From a virus (Duplodnaviria > Caudoviricetes), in the IMG/VR virus record IMGVR_UViG_3300035668_000048, positions 1 through 63,032 of that record: a stretch of 63,032 bases of DNA, one strand, 5' to 3'. The notes below the pieces were generated by a model. That model made no database searches and was not told where the DNA came from. It saw only the letters and a list, made by a program, of their open reading frames with translations. Positions 34,969 to 45,710 of this stretch are shown piece after piece. Both the position numbers and the translations under genes were made by a program. The stretch's first letter is position 1; each line of letters opens with the position of its first letter.

Positions 34969-35433
34969 TTGAGCACTAAATACCAGCGTTGGTATTCGGC
35001 GCTCATTGAGCGCGCAAGGTTCCGAAAAATTCCATCATGCTACACGGAAATTCACCACATCGTTCCACGGTCAATTGGCGGGGACGATTCACCGGATAAC
35101 CTTGCTCAGCTCACATACCGCGAACACTTCATTGCGCATTGGATTCTGACGAAGATCACCACAGGCGGTGCGCTGCGCAAGATGCAACGCGCCCTGTTCG
35201 CGATGACGCTAAAATGCAGCGGGGAACGAGTGACTACGGGTTGGCAGTTTGAGGCTGCCAAGCGTGCGGTTAGAGACCTTGAACTAGACCCGGAAGCAGA
35301 GCGGCTTTGGTATGAAAAATGGAGCGTTTCCCGCTCGCACATCGGTGGATTTGCTAAGCGCCAAAGCCGGAAGAACAAGCGACCAAGCAGGCGCACCAGA
35401 AACATAAACCAAGCAGAGCGTCAATTTCGTTAA
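34969..35433 (+). CDS. HNH endonuclease (homing-type)
   Basis: EIHHIVPRSIGGDDSPDNLAQLTYREHFIAH; start uncertain. Confidence 0.85.
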   Translation: MSTKYQRWYSALIERARFRKIPSCYTEIHHIVPRSIGGDDSPDNLAQLTYREHFIAHWILTKITTGGALRKMQRALFAMTLKCSGERVTTGWQFEAAKRAVRDLELDPEAERLWYEKWSVSRSHIGGFAKRQSRKNKRPSRRTRNINQAERQFR

Positions 35434-35510
35434 CGTAGGGTAGAGCAGTCCGGTAGCTCGCCACGCTCATAACGTGGAGGTCACGGGTTCAAATCCCGTC
35501 CCTGCAACCA
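35434..35510 (+). tRNA. tRNA-Met (CAT), initiator-like
   Basis: 77-nt cloverleaf with CCA end; anticodon arm CCACG-CT-CAT-AA-CGTGG; C1xA72 mismatch; A11-U24. Confidence 0.92.
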
Positions 35511-35592
35511 ATCGCGCGAAGTAGCTTTGCAGGAGTGGCCCGTTTCAAGCTTCGCTCGTATTTTGAAAACAGGTCAGAACCACGGTGGTTGC

Positions 35593-35754
35593 ATGTCCGC
35601 GCAAATCATCCCCTTCCGCAAGCCCAGCACACCACAGGTCAACCCGATCATGGAAGCGACCGCCGCGTATTTCATCGGTCTCGCCATCGTCGGGCTGCTG
35701 GTGATTGCGGTATGGGATCAAGCCATGGGCGGCGATACGAGGCGGCGTCGGTGA
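35593..35754 (+). CDS. Small membrane protein
   Basis: MSAQIIPFRK plus a TM helix. Confidence 0.5.
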   Translation: MSAQIIPFRKPSTPQVNPIMEATAAYFIGLAIVGLLVIAVWDQAMGGDTRRRR

Positions 35755-35990
35755 CCGCAACCGTTCTCGCATTCCCCACACCATCACCACGAGACGGTGG
35801 GAGGGCGCGGATATTGCGGCGTCGTGATGGGTTGTTCGGCATATCGCCAGTTGAGCAGTGTCGACGAGACCTGCAGGCGTGGCGCAAGTTAGTGGAACCA
35901 ATCACAGGTGATGACCTGACGATGCGATGTGCGGACCCGGAAGATACGGCGCCAGCGGAATATGTGGCTCCAGCATACGGTGGGGCATGA
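35751..35990 (+). CDS. Hypothetical protein
   Basis: GTG start overlapping the upstream stop; DTAPAEYVAP end. Confidence 0.45.
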   Translation: MTATVLAFPTPSPRDGGRARILRRRDGLFGISPVEQCRRDLQAWRKLVEPITGDDLTMRCADPEDTAPAEYVAPAYGGA

Positions 35991-36391
35991 ACGTGGCGAA
36001 GGACACCTTTGACGTTCTGCGCAGGCTGGTCGATGAGGTCGAATATAAGCCGGGTTGGGCATTCGATATAGTCAACGAGGATGGCGCACTCCGTCTCAGG
36101 ATCACGGACATGAAGTGCGTGGATGCCTACAATCCTGGCCGTCCGATGCCACTCTCGCATATGCATCCGGTCCCCACCGCGACCTACAACGAGAAGACTT
36201 GGAAGCGGTGGATATTCGAGCAATGTCGTCGCGTCGAGAACCACGAAATCGGAGAATGGCTGCGATGGGGTGACGAGCGTCCGTTCGCACCGCTGCATGG
36301 CCCAGGCGAAGACCCTTACACCGTGCACGAGTATCGTCCTGAGGTGGACGCCCTCACCACGCAAAACGGTAGCTTGCGCGCACGTTCGTAA
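35987..36391 (+). CDS. Hypothetical phage protein
   Basis: VEYKPGW...VENHEIGEW...PFAPLHGPG. Confidence 0.75.
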   Translation: MNVAKDTFDVLRRLVDEVEYKPGWAFDIVNEDGALRLRITDMKCVDAYNPGRPMPLSHMHPVPTATYNEKTWKRWIFEQCRRVENHEIGEWLRWGDERPFAPLHGPGEDPYTVHEYRPEVDALTTQNGSLRARS

Positions 36392-36457
36392 TTCCAACAT
36401 CCGCCCGCCGTGATTTCATTGCGCGGTTCTCGACGGGGATGCAAAAGGGCGGACCCG

Positions 36458-36790
36458 ATGAGTCTCAAGACAAGGTCGCCCCGACTCGCAGTTCACGACA
36501 CACGAACATCGCGGCCCAGGCCAAAGCAAGCCGACGCCGAACTACTAACGCCAGGGCATAGGGCTTGGCGTACTGCGGTGTGCAAGCGGGCGGGTTGGCG
36601 GTGTGAGTGGACGGATGGTGGTAGGGAGCCTCGGTGTCACGCATCGTTTGCGCGCGGCGACAGGATGATAGCGGATCACATCGTCGAGCGGGCTGACGGT
36701 GGCGCGCTCCTCGATATCGAAAACGGAATGTGTTTGTGCACATCGCACAATACCCTGAAGGGGAACCGATCGCGGGCCGCTCGTGCTTAG
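36458..36790 (+). CDS. Packaging-associated HNH endonuclease
   Basis: RAGWRCE...ADHIVERADGG...NGMCLCTSHNTLK, just upstream of terS. Confidence 0.85.
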   Translation: MSLKTRSPRLAVHDTRTSRPRPKQADAELLTPGHRAWRTAVCKRAGWRCEWTDGGREPRCHASFARGDRMIADHIVERADGGALLDIENGMCLCTSHNTLKGNRSRAARA

Positions 36791-36870
36791 AGGGGGTAGG
36801 GGGGGCCGAATCTCTACAGCCTTTAGGGAGCAGGAACCGCATGGGTAGTCACGCAGAGAATTTTTCCTCC
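36790..36870 (+). other. Probable cos / packaging site
   Basis: GGGGGTAGGGGGGG...ACCGCATGGG...AGAGAATTTTT between HNH and terS, as is typical of HK97-like cos regions. Confidence 0.55.
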
Positions 36871-36880
36871 TAGGGGGATT

Positions 36881-37489
36881 TTGGTTAGGTGCGAACTAGT
36901 GCGAACAAGAGAAGGAAATTCTACGGACTGGGTTCGTATAGGTGAGGTCTACTGCAAAGAACTCGTTTCAATTCGGGCCTTAGCGAAGAATTTCGGCGTT
37001 TCCGATACGGCTGTTCGAAAAGAGGCAAAGAAGCGCGGCTGGACCCGTCCCGATGCGAACCAGTCGCCCCGCGAACCTGAGTGCAAACCAAGTCGCGAAC
37101 CGGAACAAAACGGGTCGCCCGAGGCCACCGCTAAGGCAATAGCCTCTACGCCGGTCAAGGTGCTGACGGCCCGCGGTCGCAACATCATCCTGGACCTGAT
37201 GGACGAACTGGAGTTCTTGAACCGGAACCATCAGACCATCGCCGATATGGTTCTGGACTACGTGAATGGTGAAAAGGATTCGTCCGCTCGGGCAAAGCTG
37301 CTCAAGGTCTTGGATCATGAGACGCGGTCAAAGACTGCGAACTATCTTGCGACCGCGCTCGCGAAACTGAACGACGCGGCGCCGGGCAAGAAGGATGAGC
37401 AGAACGACGCCGCATCCGGCGTGGCTGCTGGCGGCGACAACGAATGGGGGGACGATCTCGCGGTGCCGGCGGGCCGGCAGTTTAACTGA
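36881..37489 (+). CDS. Putative terminase small subunit
   Basis: N-terminal HTH SIRALAKNFGVSDTAVRK; GKKDEQ...WGDDL tail; abuts terL. Confidence 0.75.
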   Translation: MVRCELVRTREGNSTDWVRIGEVYCKELVSIRALAKNFGVSDTAVRKEAKKRGWTRPDANQSPREPECKPSREPEQNGSPEATAKAIASTPVKVLTARGRNIILDLMDELEFLNRNHQTIADMVLDYVNGEKDSSARAKLLKVLDHETRSKTANYLATALAKLNDAAPGKKDEQNDAASGVAAGGDNEWGDDLAVPAGRQFN

Positions 37490-39204
37490 TGGGCATGGTC
37501 GTTAGGGACTGGTCAACAAAATGCGTTGATTGGGAAGATCGGATCGTTAACGGCGTCTCGCTCATTCCGGATAACATCCGGGCGGCGCTATTCGAGGACG
37601 AGGCCGAACGGGCGCTCCGCATCTTCAAGCGGCTCAAGTGTCCGGACATTGAAGGGTTCCCCACTTACGGGGAGATTTGCGACGACTGGGTCTTTGACCT
37701 GGTTCGGGTGATATTCGGTTCTTACGACGCATCGATCAAGCGTCGGATGATCCGAGAGTTTTTCCTACTCATCCCGAAGAAGAACGGCAAGAGCACGCTA
37801 GCCGCTGCGATTATGGTTGTCGCGGCCATCATGAACCACCGGCCGGCCGCCGAGCTATTGTTGATCGCGCCAACCATCAAGATTGCCGAACGGGCCTTCG
37901 GTCATGCGCACAAGATCATCCAGCTTGATCCTGCTCTAACGAAACTCTTTCACGCGCAGCCGCACAACCGGACAATCACTCACCGCAAAACGTTGGCGGT
38001 GATCCTTATAAAATCCGCCGATAAGGATGTCATCACCGGGTCGCTTGCGACCTTCATCCTAATCGATGAAACCCACGTGTTCGCCGCGAAGGTTCGCGCC
38101 GCACAGGTCTTTCTTGAAATCCGCGGCTCGCTTGCGTCTAGACCTGACGGCTTCTTAATCCAGATCACGACGCAATCGAAGGAGACTCCGTCCGGAGTGT
38201 TTAAGGAAGAGCTTGGAATTGCGCGCGATGTCCGCGACGGCAAGCTTATCCTCCCGCTGTTGATGTTTGGCTACGAGCTGCCGGTTCGGCTCGCAAAAGA
38301 TAACGGTTGGGAAAATCAAGAGCTTTGGCCGCTCGTAAATCCGAACTACGACCGTTCGGTCGATCCATCATTCCTTACCGACGAACTCATTAAGGCGAAA
38401 GCAAAGGGGCCAGTAGCGCTAGCGCTGTATGCATCTCAGCATTTCAATGTTGAAATCGGCATTGGCCTTCGAACGGATGGTTGGGCGGGCGCAGCATTAT
38501 GGCCGCGTGGTGCGGAAAGAGGACTAACATTTAACGAGGTTCTAAGGCGCTCAGAGGTGCTGACGAACGGCATCGACGGTGGCGGCCTCGATGATCTGCT
38601 TGGCGTTTTTGTCGTAGGTCGTGAAAAGGGAACGGGTGTCTGGCTTAGTTGGGCGCACGCATTTATTTCGCCCGAAGGCTGGGAAAGACGACAAGCTAAC
38701 CAGGCGGTCTATCAGGATTTCATCAACGACGGGGATCTGACGCTCGTTGAGCGCTTACCGGACGACGTGACTGCGGTCGTCGACATCGTGAAGCAATGCC
38801 TCGACTCCGGTAAACTTGCGAAAGTCGGCTGCGACCCCGCAGGCCTTGGCTCGATCGTTGACGAACTAGCCAAGATCGGCGTGACGCAGGAAAACGAATT
38901 GCTGGTCGGCGTGCGCCAAGGTGTCGCGCTGATGGGCGCGATCAAAACGGTAGAGCGAAAACTCGCGGACAACAGTTTCAAGCACGGCGGCCGTCGCATG
39001 ATGGCGTGGTGCGCCGGCAACGCGATCGTGCAAGCGACAGGAACGGGAATGCGGATTGCGCGCGATGCATCCGGCTACGGAAAGGTCGATCCGCTGATGG
39101 CATGTTTTGATGCGGTTGCTGAAATGTCGCTCAATCCGGCCGCGAAGGGTAATTCTTTCTGGGATGCGCCCGACGCTGTCGAGAGACTGCGGCACGTTGG
39201 ATGA
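37489..39204 (+). CDS. Terminase large subunit
   Basis: IPKKNGKST (Walker A), LIDETH (Walker B), [17 protein letters not shown]. Confidence 0.96.
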   Translation: MGMVVRDWSTKCVDWEDRIVNGVSLIPDNIRAALFEDEAERALRIFKRLKCPDIEGFPTYGEICDDWVFDLVRVIFGSYDASIKRRMIREFFLLIPKKNGKSTLAAAIMVVAAIMNHRPAAELLLIAPTIKIAERAFGHAHKIIQLDPALTKLFHAQPHNRTITHRKTLAVILIKSADKDVITGSLATFILIDETHVFAAKVRAAQVFLEIRGSLASRPDGFLIQITTQSKETPSGVFKEELGIARDVRDGKLILPLLMFGYELPVRLAKDNGWENQELWPLVNPNYDRSVDPSFLTDELIKAKAKGPVALALYASQHFNVEIGIGLRTDGWAGAALWPRGAERGLTFNEVLRRSEVLTNGIDGGGLDDLLGVFVVGREKGTGVWLSWAHAFISPEGWERRQANQAVYQDFINDGDLTLVERLPDDVTAVVDIVKQCLDSGKLAKVGCDPAGLGSIVDELAKIGVTQENELLVGVRQGVALMGAIKTVERKLADNSFKHGGRRMMAWCAGNAIVQATGTGMRIARDASGYGKVDPLMACFDAVAEMSLNPAAKGNSFWDAPDAVERLRHVG

Positions 39205-39374
39205 GGCTGGAGCGTGTCCGCCGCGCGATGCCGGTTTTGTTTCGCGACGGTGTCGGTCTACTTGGTGTGGGTCTGATCGCGTATGGCGCGTGGCTTATCT
39301 ATGAACCGTCCGGATTTATCGTTGCCGGCGCCATGCTTGTCGGCGCTGCGTGGCTCATGGCAAGGCGATCCTGA
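39201..39374 (+). CDS. Small membrane protein between terL and portal
   Basis: [25 protein letters not shown]. Confidence 0.7.
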   Translation: MRLERVRRAMPVLFRDGVGLLGVGLIAYGAWLIYEPSGFIVAGAMLVGAAWLMARRS

Positions 39375-40642
39375 TGCGAGGAATTTTTGGATCGCTTGCG
39401 GACGGGCTGGAGCGTAAGTCTGGCGCGGACGCCACAACGTATGGACCGCCCGATATCTGGCTTGATCTGTTCGGATCGCGAACGACCAAGTCTGGAATCC
39501 CGATCACATACAAGCGCGCTCTTGAGGTAACGACAGCGCTACGGTGCGGGCAGATTACGGCGGAGGGCATCTGTTCCATTCCTTGGAAGCTATATCAGAG
39601 AACGACCGTTAAGGGTCGCGTGGAGCGCGTGGAGCGCCGCGATCATGACCTGTGGGACCTGATGTCGACGGGTCCTAACGAATGGCAGACTAGTTTCGAG
39701 TTTCGCGAGACGATAGGGTTGCACTTAGCGTTCTGTCGGAACGCTTACGTCTTCCTCAATCGAGTCCGCGGACGAATTGTCGAGATGATTCCATTTGAGC
39801 CCGGCAACGTCACTGTCAGCCGGGATCGTAACTGGAAATTGACTTATAAAGTGTGCGGGCCTGACGGTTCATCCGAAACGTTTCCATCCTCGGTGATCTG
39901 GCATATCCGGGGCATGTCTTGGAATTCCTGGATGGGGCTGGAGGTCATCGATCTCGCTCGTGAAGCACTCGGGCTCGCATTAGCCACAGAGGAAAGTCAC
40001 GCGAGACTTCACGATAAAGCGGTGCGTCCAAGTGGTGTGCTGGCCGTCGAAGGAAACCTTGACGACACACAATATCTTCGCTGGCGTAAATGGGTGGATG
40101 CTTACTACAGCGGCCGCGAAAATGCCGGCAAAGCGCTGATCCTTGATCGCTCCGCAAAGTGGCAGTCGCAACAGATGACCGGTGTGGATGCTCAACACAT
40201 CCAGACCCGAGGTTTCCAGATCGAAGAGATCTGCCGCGGCTTCGGCATTCTGCCGATCATGGTCGGGTATACGGGCGATAAGGGCGCAACTTACGCATCT
40301 GCCGAGCAGATGTTTATTGCTCACAACACCTGGCACACGCGTCCGTGGCATCGGCGCCTGGAGAGCAGTGCCGACAAGTGGCTGCTGACGAAAGAAGAGC
40401 GTGGTGATGGATTGTATACAGGGTTCGTTGATAGCGAACTCGTTCGCGGTGACATGAAGACGAGGTTCGAATCCTACAAATCTGGTGTTGATGCCGGGTG
40501 GATGCTTCCGGAAGAGCCTCGGGCTTTTGAAGACATGCCGTATGTCGAAGGCCTTGATCGTCCGCGTATGCCGGCGAACTACGTTGTCGTCGGTAAGGAC
40601 GGATTGCCCTCAGCGCCGCCTCCCGCAAATACTGGAGCGTGA
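39374..40642 (+). CDS. HK97-family portal protein
   Basis: GPNEWQTSFEFRE, IWHIRG, DAQHIQTR..QIEEICRGFGI, RGDMKTRFESY. Confidence 0.95.
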   Translation: MRGIFGSLADGLERKSGADATTYGPPDIWLDLFGSRTTKSGIPITYKRALEVTTALRCGQITAEGICSIPWKLYQRTTVKGRVERVERRDHDLWDLMSTGPNEWQTSFEFRETIGLHLAFCRNAYVFLNRVRGRIVEMIPFEPGNVTVSRDRNWKLTYKVCGPDGSSETFPSSVIWHIRGMSWNSWMGLEVIDLAREALGLALATEESHARLHDKAVRPSGVLAVEGNLDDTQYLRWRKWVDAYYSGRENAGKALILDRSAKWQSQQMTGVDAQHIQTRGFQIEEICRGFGILPIMVGYTGDKGATYASAEQMFIAHNTWHTRPWHRRLESSADKWLLTKEERGDGLYTGFVDSELVRGDMKTRFESYKSGVDAGWMLPEEPRAFEDMPYVEGLDRPRMPANYVVVGKDGLPSAPPPANTGA

Positions 40643-40643
40643 A

Positions 40644-40913
40644 ATGGAAATCGGACGCATTGAAGGCGCCACACGCACGATCGGCAAGAGCCAAGGCTAT
40701 CTCGGCCTGCCTCGACGGGACGAAGTGATCAATTGCGCCGTCAATGGTCCGTCTACGCCCGTAATGGTGACGGCGTGGTTCCCATCACCGGAAGAGTTGG
40801 TGGCGCTTGCCGCTGGAGCGGCAATTCATGTCCGCATCCTCGGGACGGCACACCCGCCCATCATGGTTGGCGTCGGACTTGTTCCAAGCGATGCAATCGA
40901 AAAGGTGGCATAA
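40644..40913 (+). CDS. Hypothetical protein
   Basis: IEGATRTIGKSQGYLGLP...TAWFPSPEEL...HPPIMV. Confidence 0.7.
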   Translation: MEIGRIEGATRTIGKSQGYLGLPRRDEVINCAVNGPSTPVMVTAWFPSPEELVALAAGAAIHVRILGTAHPPIMVGVGLVPSDAIEKVA

Positions 40914-40916
40914 GCT

Positions 40917-41627
40917 ATGCCCGAGATCAGGCTTCCTTTCGAGATCAAGTTCTCTGCCGGCGCGCCCGAAGGGACGTTCGCTGGATATGGTGCCGTGTTC
41001 GGCAACATCGATTCATACGGCGACGTGATCGAGAAGGGCGCCTTCAAGGACACGCTGCGCGATTGGGAAGGCAAGGGCAAGTGGCCGCCCATGCTGCTGC
41101 AGCATGGCGGCGGTATGTTCGGCGGCGGCGCTGACGACATGTTGCCTGTCGGCAAGTGGATCAAGATGGAGGAGAACAGCAAGGGTCTCAAGGTCGAGGG
41201 CCAACTGTTCGCCATGCAAACCGAGCGCGGCCAGTACATCTATGAAGGCCTGAAGGCCGGATCGCTGGATGGGCTGTCTATCGGCTTCGAGGTCAAGGAA
41301 TCTGTTTCCGGCACGAAGCCGGGCGAGCCGCGGCGCACGCTGACGGCAATCGATCTTTGGGAATTAAGCATCGTTACATTCCCGGCAAACGACAAGGCTC
41401 GTGTCGGCAACGTAAAAGCGGCCGAGATTGATGAATTGATGAACCTTTCTGACTGTGTTGATCTCCTGCGTAAGGCAGGAGGTTCGGCATGGTCGAAGAA
41501 AACGGCTAATGATTTCGTTGGCCGTCTGGCGAAGATCGCACGGCGTGAGGCTGGCGACGATCAAAACGTGAGTGGGCTGCTGGAGTCGCTACGCGCGGCA
41601 CGGCGCCTGATCGTCCCAACCTCATAG
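40917..41627 (+). CDS. HK97-family prohead protease
   Basis: FAGYGAVFGNIDSYGDVI, MLLQH, GLSIGF, LWELSIVTFPAN. Confidence 0.95.
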   Translation: MPEIRLPFEIKFSAGAPEGTFAGYGAVFGNIDSYGDVIEKGAFKDTLRDWEGKGKWPPMLLQHGGGMFGGGADDMLPVGKWIKMEENSKGLKVEGQLFAMQTERGQYIYEGLKAGSLDGLSIGFEVKESVSGTKPGEPRRTLTAIDLWELSIVTFPANDKARVGNVKAAEIDELMNLSDCVDLLRKAGGSAWSKKTANDFVGRLAKIARREAGDDQNVSGLLESLRAARRLIVPTS

Positions 41628-41640
41628 CGGAGCTATCCCA

Positions 41641-43026
41641 ATGCCCGAACTAAAAGACGTGCTGGACGATGTCCAGCGTGAAGTGAAGTCGTTTGGCGAG
41701 AACGTCAAAGGACTGAAGGATTCCATGGAGAAGGACCTGAAGTCGGTCCGCGAACTCGCCGAGAAGGCGGGCAAGGATGCTGCGGAGAATACGCAGATCA
41801 AGTCCGACCTGAAGGTGTTGTCCGAAGGTGTGCTTGCCAAGCACGACGCGATCGAGAAGCAAGTCAAGGACATCCAGGAGAAGGCGCTCAAGGCGGCGCA
41901 GGATCGCATCGACGAACTGGAGAAAAAGTTCAATCGGCCCGGCGCTCCTAGCGGCAACGATGGCGCCGCAGTCCTGATGAACGAAGCGTTGTCGTTCAAA
42001 CGGGTGTCAATGTCGCGCCGCGGCGAGTTGAAGGCGACGACCATGCTCACACCCGAGAGCGTCAATCTCGACGAGTACAAGGCGTACAAGCAGGCGTTCC
42101 CGATGTCATTGCGCCGGGACATGCGCGAGATGGGGGATACCGAGTACAAGGCAATGAGCGTCGGCTCCGATCCGGACGGTGGTCTTCTCGTGCCGACTGC
42201 GATATCCAATCGCATCATCACCAAGGTCTACGAAACCTCGCCGATCGACGAACTCGCCACGCATGAGACGGTGTCTAGCGATGCGCTGGAAATCCCGGTC
42301 GATACCGACGAGGCCGGCGCCGGCTGGGTCGGTGAGACGGAGGCCCGTCCGGAAACCTCTACGCCGCAGGTTGGCGTGCAGCGCATTCCGGTCTTCGAAA
42401 TCTATGCGAAGCCGAAGGCGACGCAGCAGCTCATCGAAGATGCCGGCATCGACATCGAAGCGTGGCTTGGCCGCAAGGTCGCGGAGAAGTTCGCGCGGAT
42501 GCGGGCGCTTGCCTTCATTTCCGGCTCCGGCATCAAGCAACCGCGCGGCATCCTCACCTATGCGCCGGGGTCGGCTGGGGTTCGCGGCACGATTGCGCAG
42601 GTTGCGTCGGGCGATGCCAACCTGCTGACGCCGGACGGTCTGATCCGGCTGTCGTTCGCCATCAAGGACAAGTACCTGGCGAACGCCAACTGGCTGATGA
42701 AGCGCGGCTCGGTGGCGTCCGTGATGCTGTTCAAGGATACCCAGAATCAATACATCTGGCGCCCCGGCCTCACTGCCGGTCAGCCGCAGATGTTGCTCGG
42801 GTATTCCATCCGTCGCGCGGACGATCTGCCCGCCGTTGCCGCTGGCGCGCTGCCGGTTGCCTTCGGCGACTTCGGGGCAGGTTACACGGTCGTGGATCGC
42901 CTCGGCATCCGCGTGCTGCGCGATCCCTATTCGTCGAAGCCGTTCGTGGAGTTCTACACGCGCGCTCGGGTCGGTGGCGATGTCGTCGACTTCGAAGCCT
43001 TCGCCCTGCAGGTGGTTTCGGCCTGA
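41641..43026 (+). CDS. Major capsid protein (HK97 fold)
   Basis: Coiled-coil delta domain; DGGLLVP, WVGETEARP, FGDF, RVGGDV. Confidence 0.96.
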   Translation: MPELKDVLDDVQREVKSFGENVKGLKDSMEKDLKSVRELAEKAGKDAAENTQIKSDLKVLSEGVLAKHDAIEKQVKDIQEKALKAAQDRIDELEKKFNRPGAPSGNDGAAVLMNEALSFKRVSMSRRGELKATTMLTPESVNLDEYKAYKQAFPMSLRRDMREMGDTEYKAMSVGSDPDGGLLVPTAISNRIITKVYETSPIDELATHETVSSDALEIPVDTDEAGAGWVGETEARPETSTPQVGVQRIPVFEIYAKPKATQQLIEDAGIDIEAWLGRKVAEKFARMRALAFISGSGIKQPRGILTYAPGSAGVRGTIAQVASGDANLLTPDGLIRLSFAIKDKYLANANWLMKRGSVASVMLFKDTQNQYIWRPGLTAGQPQMLLGYSIRRADDLPAVAAGALPVAFGDFGAGYTVVDRLGIRVLRDPYSSKPFVEFYTRARVGGDVVDFEAFALQVVSA

Positions 43027-43108
43027 TCCGCAATGGGACGCGCGCCGGTATCAACTGCCGCGCTTCAATTCCTTTCCCCTTAAACCCAAATAGAACAGGA
43101 GCAGTCCC

Positions 43109-43540
43109 ATGCGGGACATCATCAACAACTTGGAATTCAAGCCGGCGATTGTGCCGGTTGCGGCGGCGCAGACTGACAATACTGCGATGGTCTCGACGAT
43201 TTTGGACCGCCGTGGCTATGAAAGTGTCGGCCTCGCTATTGTCACGGGAACACTGGCGGATGCTGATGCCACCTTCGCCGTTACGATCGACCACGGCGAT
43301 GCCGCGAACCTATCCGACGCGGTCGCGGTTCCGGCCGATCAACTCAACGGCACTTTGGCACTCGCCGGGTTTACGTTCGCGCACGACAGTGCCGCCCGCA
43401 AACTCGGCTATGCCGGAGGGAAGCGTTACGTGCGGGCAACGGTCACGCCAACGGGCAACACCGGAGCGGCGCCCGTCGTTGCGTTATGGGTGTTGGGCGG
43501 CGCCAACCTGCGTCCCACGCCAGCAACGCCGGCCGCATAA
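43109..43540 (+). CDS. Capsid decoration/accessory protein
   Basis: Follows the capsid gene; beta-rich; GYAGGKRYVR. Confidence 0.7.
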   Translation: MRDIINNLEFKPAIVPVAAAQTDNTAMVSTILDRRGYESVGLAIVTGTLADADATFAVTIDHGDAANLSDAVAVPADQLNGTLALAGFTFAHDSAARKLGYAGGKRYVRATVTPTGNTGAAPVVALWVLGGANLRPTPATPAA

Positions 43541-43619
43541 TCGCCCATGGCGGGAGAGCTGTGATCTGCAGTTCTCCTTCCCATTCTAATCCCAACACCC
43601 AAAGAATCGGAGTGCCGCA

Positions 43620-44291
43620 ATGGCCAAGACTGGAATCGTTAAGCGCAGCTTCCCTTATGCGGAAGACGGCGTAAATGTTCGCACCCTCAAAGAGGGCGAA
43701 GTCCTCTCATTCCCTGATCGCATCTTCGATGGGCTCGCTTCCAAGAAAGATGCTCACGGCGAGGCTCAGGACCCCTACATTGTCGAGAGCGACGAGAAAC
43801 CGCAGAACTCGGTGGCCCAGACGCGAGAGCGCGATGGCGCAACGGACGACATGGATCGACGCCTCTCCGCCGCGTCGGATCAGGAACTCAAAGACATCAT
43901 CGCGCGATCCGGCCGAGCATATTCGGGCAACCTCGTTCATGCCGTCATGGTTTCGATGGCGAGGACGCAGTTGCAACGCGAGGCGGGCGGTCATGCGCCG
44001 GTTCGCGGTGTCGATCCCAACTCGGGTGTGACCGAACAGCCGCTGGCGCGGCCAGGCGAAGCTCCGGCCAATGCCACGGTTGCGGCCGTGAAGCATGCGC
44101 CGGAAAACCGGGCAAAGTCCGGCGCTCCGGAGACCGCGCGAACGAACCAGTTCGGCGAACCTCAATACGATGCGATGAAGCCCGAGGATCTGGAGCGTTT
44201 GGCCGAAGAGCGCGGCGTCTCGCTCAAGGCGGGGGCAACCAAGCCCGACATCATCAAGGCGCTCAAGCGCGCCGACGCGGAAAAGAAGTAG
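43620..44291 (+). CDS. Hypothetical protein with C-terminal HeH/SAP-like motif
   Basis: YDAMKPEDLERLAEERGVSLKAGATKPDIIKAL. Confidence 0.7.
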   Translation: MAKTGIVKRSFPYAEDGVNVRTLKEGEVLSFPDRIFDGLASKKDAHGEAQDPYIVESDEKPQNSVAQTRERDGATDDMDRRLSAASDQELKDIIARSGRAYSGNLVHAVMVSMARTQLQREAGGHAPVRGVDPNSGVTEQPLARPGEAPANATVAAVKHAPENRAKSGAPETARTNQFGEPQYDAMKPEDLERLAEERGVSLKAGATKPDIIKALKRADAEKK

Positions 44292-44316
44292 TCGAAGCGT
44301 TTGGGGCGATCAAAGC

Positions 44317-44949
44317 ATGCTGACCGTCGTAACGCCAGCCACTCAAACTAGGCTTACGACGGTTTCGGCTGTCCGTGATGCGCTTGATCTGGATGAGGAA
44401 GACTTCTCCGACGAGAAAATTGAATCATTTATTGATCAGGCATCACAGGCAATCGTCGACTATTGCGGGCGTCCGTTCGGGCGCGAGACCTATCTGGAAA
44501 CATTTAGGAAGGTCGATTGTAGGTCTGATGGCTTGCTTTTGTCGCGTGCTCCAGTTGTTTCGATTACATCGATCGACAGCGATGGAACTAGCGTCGTTCT
44601 ACCCGAATACGAAATTGAAAACGGCGCTCTGTACAGGTTGTCCAACAACAGCCGGTACGCATGGCGCGCGGCAGTTCTCGCGGTAACCTATGTGGCAGGA
44701 TACATCCTGCCTAGCGATGAAGTTGGCGCGCCCGCAGCAACACTTCCGCTCACAGTTCAGCGGGCCGCGATAGACGAAATCGCGGCCTACGTTTCGTACG
44801 AAGATCGGGATGCGCTGATCAAGTCGGAAACGGTCGAAGGTGTCGGTTCGACCTCGTATTACGTGCCGGGAGAGTCCAGCATCTTAGAATCTCCAGGCTC
44901 CCAGGCAGTGCTATCAAAATATCGTTCTGCAGCTTGGAGCGTTGGATGA
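44317..44949 (+). CDS. Head-tail connector (adaptor)
   Basis: MLTVVTPA...IVDYCGRPF...VTYVAGY. Confidence 0.8.
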   Translation: MLTVVTPATQTRLTTVSAVRDALDLDEEDFSDEKIESFIDQASQAIVDYCGRPFGRETYLETFRKVDCRSDGLLLSRAPVVSITSIDSDGTSVVLPEYEIENGALYRLSNNSRYAWRAAVLAVTYVAGYILPSDEVGAPAATLPLTVQRAAIDEIAAYVSYEDRDALIKSETVEGVGSTSYYVPGESSILESPGSQAVLSKYRSAAWSVG

Positions 44950-45341
44950 CGCCGCGCCAGGCAAAGGCGATGTATCGAAGGCAGATCGACGCCAACGGCC
45001 AATGGATCGCCATACGCCGCTACTCCGGCTCCGGTCCGTCTCGTCCATGGGTTGATACTTTAACTAGAGCTTATGTGAGGTATTACGGATCGAAAGAGTT
45101 GATCGGATTAATTGTACAGGGCGATGTCGCTGCAATAGCACTGGTTGATTCCCTTTCAGGAATATTGCCGGTCACCACGGCAGACAAATTGGTGACTGGC
45201 TTTGTGGGATTCGATGTCGCGGGAACGACGCCAACACTTATAGGCGGACACGTCTCAGGGAAAGAAACCGCGATCAAGAACCCGATGAAGCGAGTGGTTG
45301 GCGGGACGCTGGTTGCTCTTGAAATACATGCGGTGGGGTGA
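44946..45341 (+). CDS. Head closure / joining protein
   Basis: Synteny; ATGA overlap. Confidence 0.65.
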   Translation: MTPRQAKAMYRRQIDANGQWIAIRRYSGSGPSRPWVDTLTRAYVRYYGSKELIGLIVQGDVAAIALVDSLSGILPVTTADKLVTGFVGFDVAGTTPTLIGGHVSGKETAIKNPMKRVVGGTLVALEIHAVG

Positions 45342-45347
45342 TTTTCT

Positions 45348-45710
45348 ATGTCGTCCAGCACGCCGACTACGAAATATATTCCCGATCCAGAGCAGCCGGA
45401 CGACGTCGGCACGACACACAGCTGGAATCACAAGTTGTATCGCGATCAGGTTGGATCGGGCGCGCCTTGGGATACGACATTTGCTTTTCGCTATGCCGTG
45501 GCACACGCCAAAGATCGCGCACGAAATGAACTGATAAAGACTGTGCGAAGGGAAGCGCGCCGACTTCAGGAAGAGAGTAGAAGCAACCTTACCACATTTC
45601 TTAAAGACGATAGTCTGTCGTCGTTTAATGATCAGGCCAAGGACAGCGTTCTTACGCAGCGAAAGATTGATGGCGTTGATGGTCTGCCGGATGACGCGAT
45701 CAAGCTGTGA
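45348..45710 (+). CDS. Hypothetical protein in the neck module
   Basis: 120-aa ORF overlapping the next start. Confidence 0.45.
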   Translation: MSSSTPTTKYIPDPEQPDDVGTTHSWNHKLYRDQVGSGAPWDTTFAFRYAVAHAKDRARNELIKTVRREARRLQEESRSNLTTFLKDDSLSSFNDQAKDSVLTQRKIDGVDGLPDDAIKL

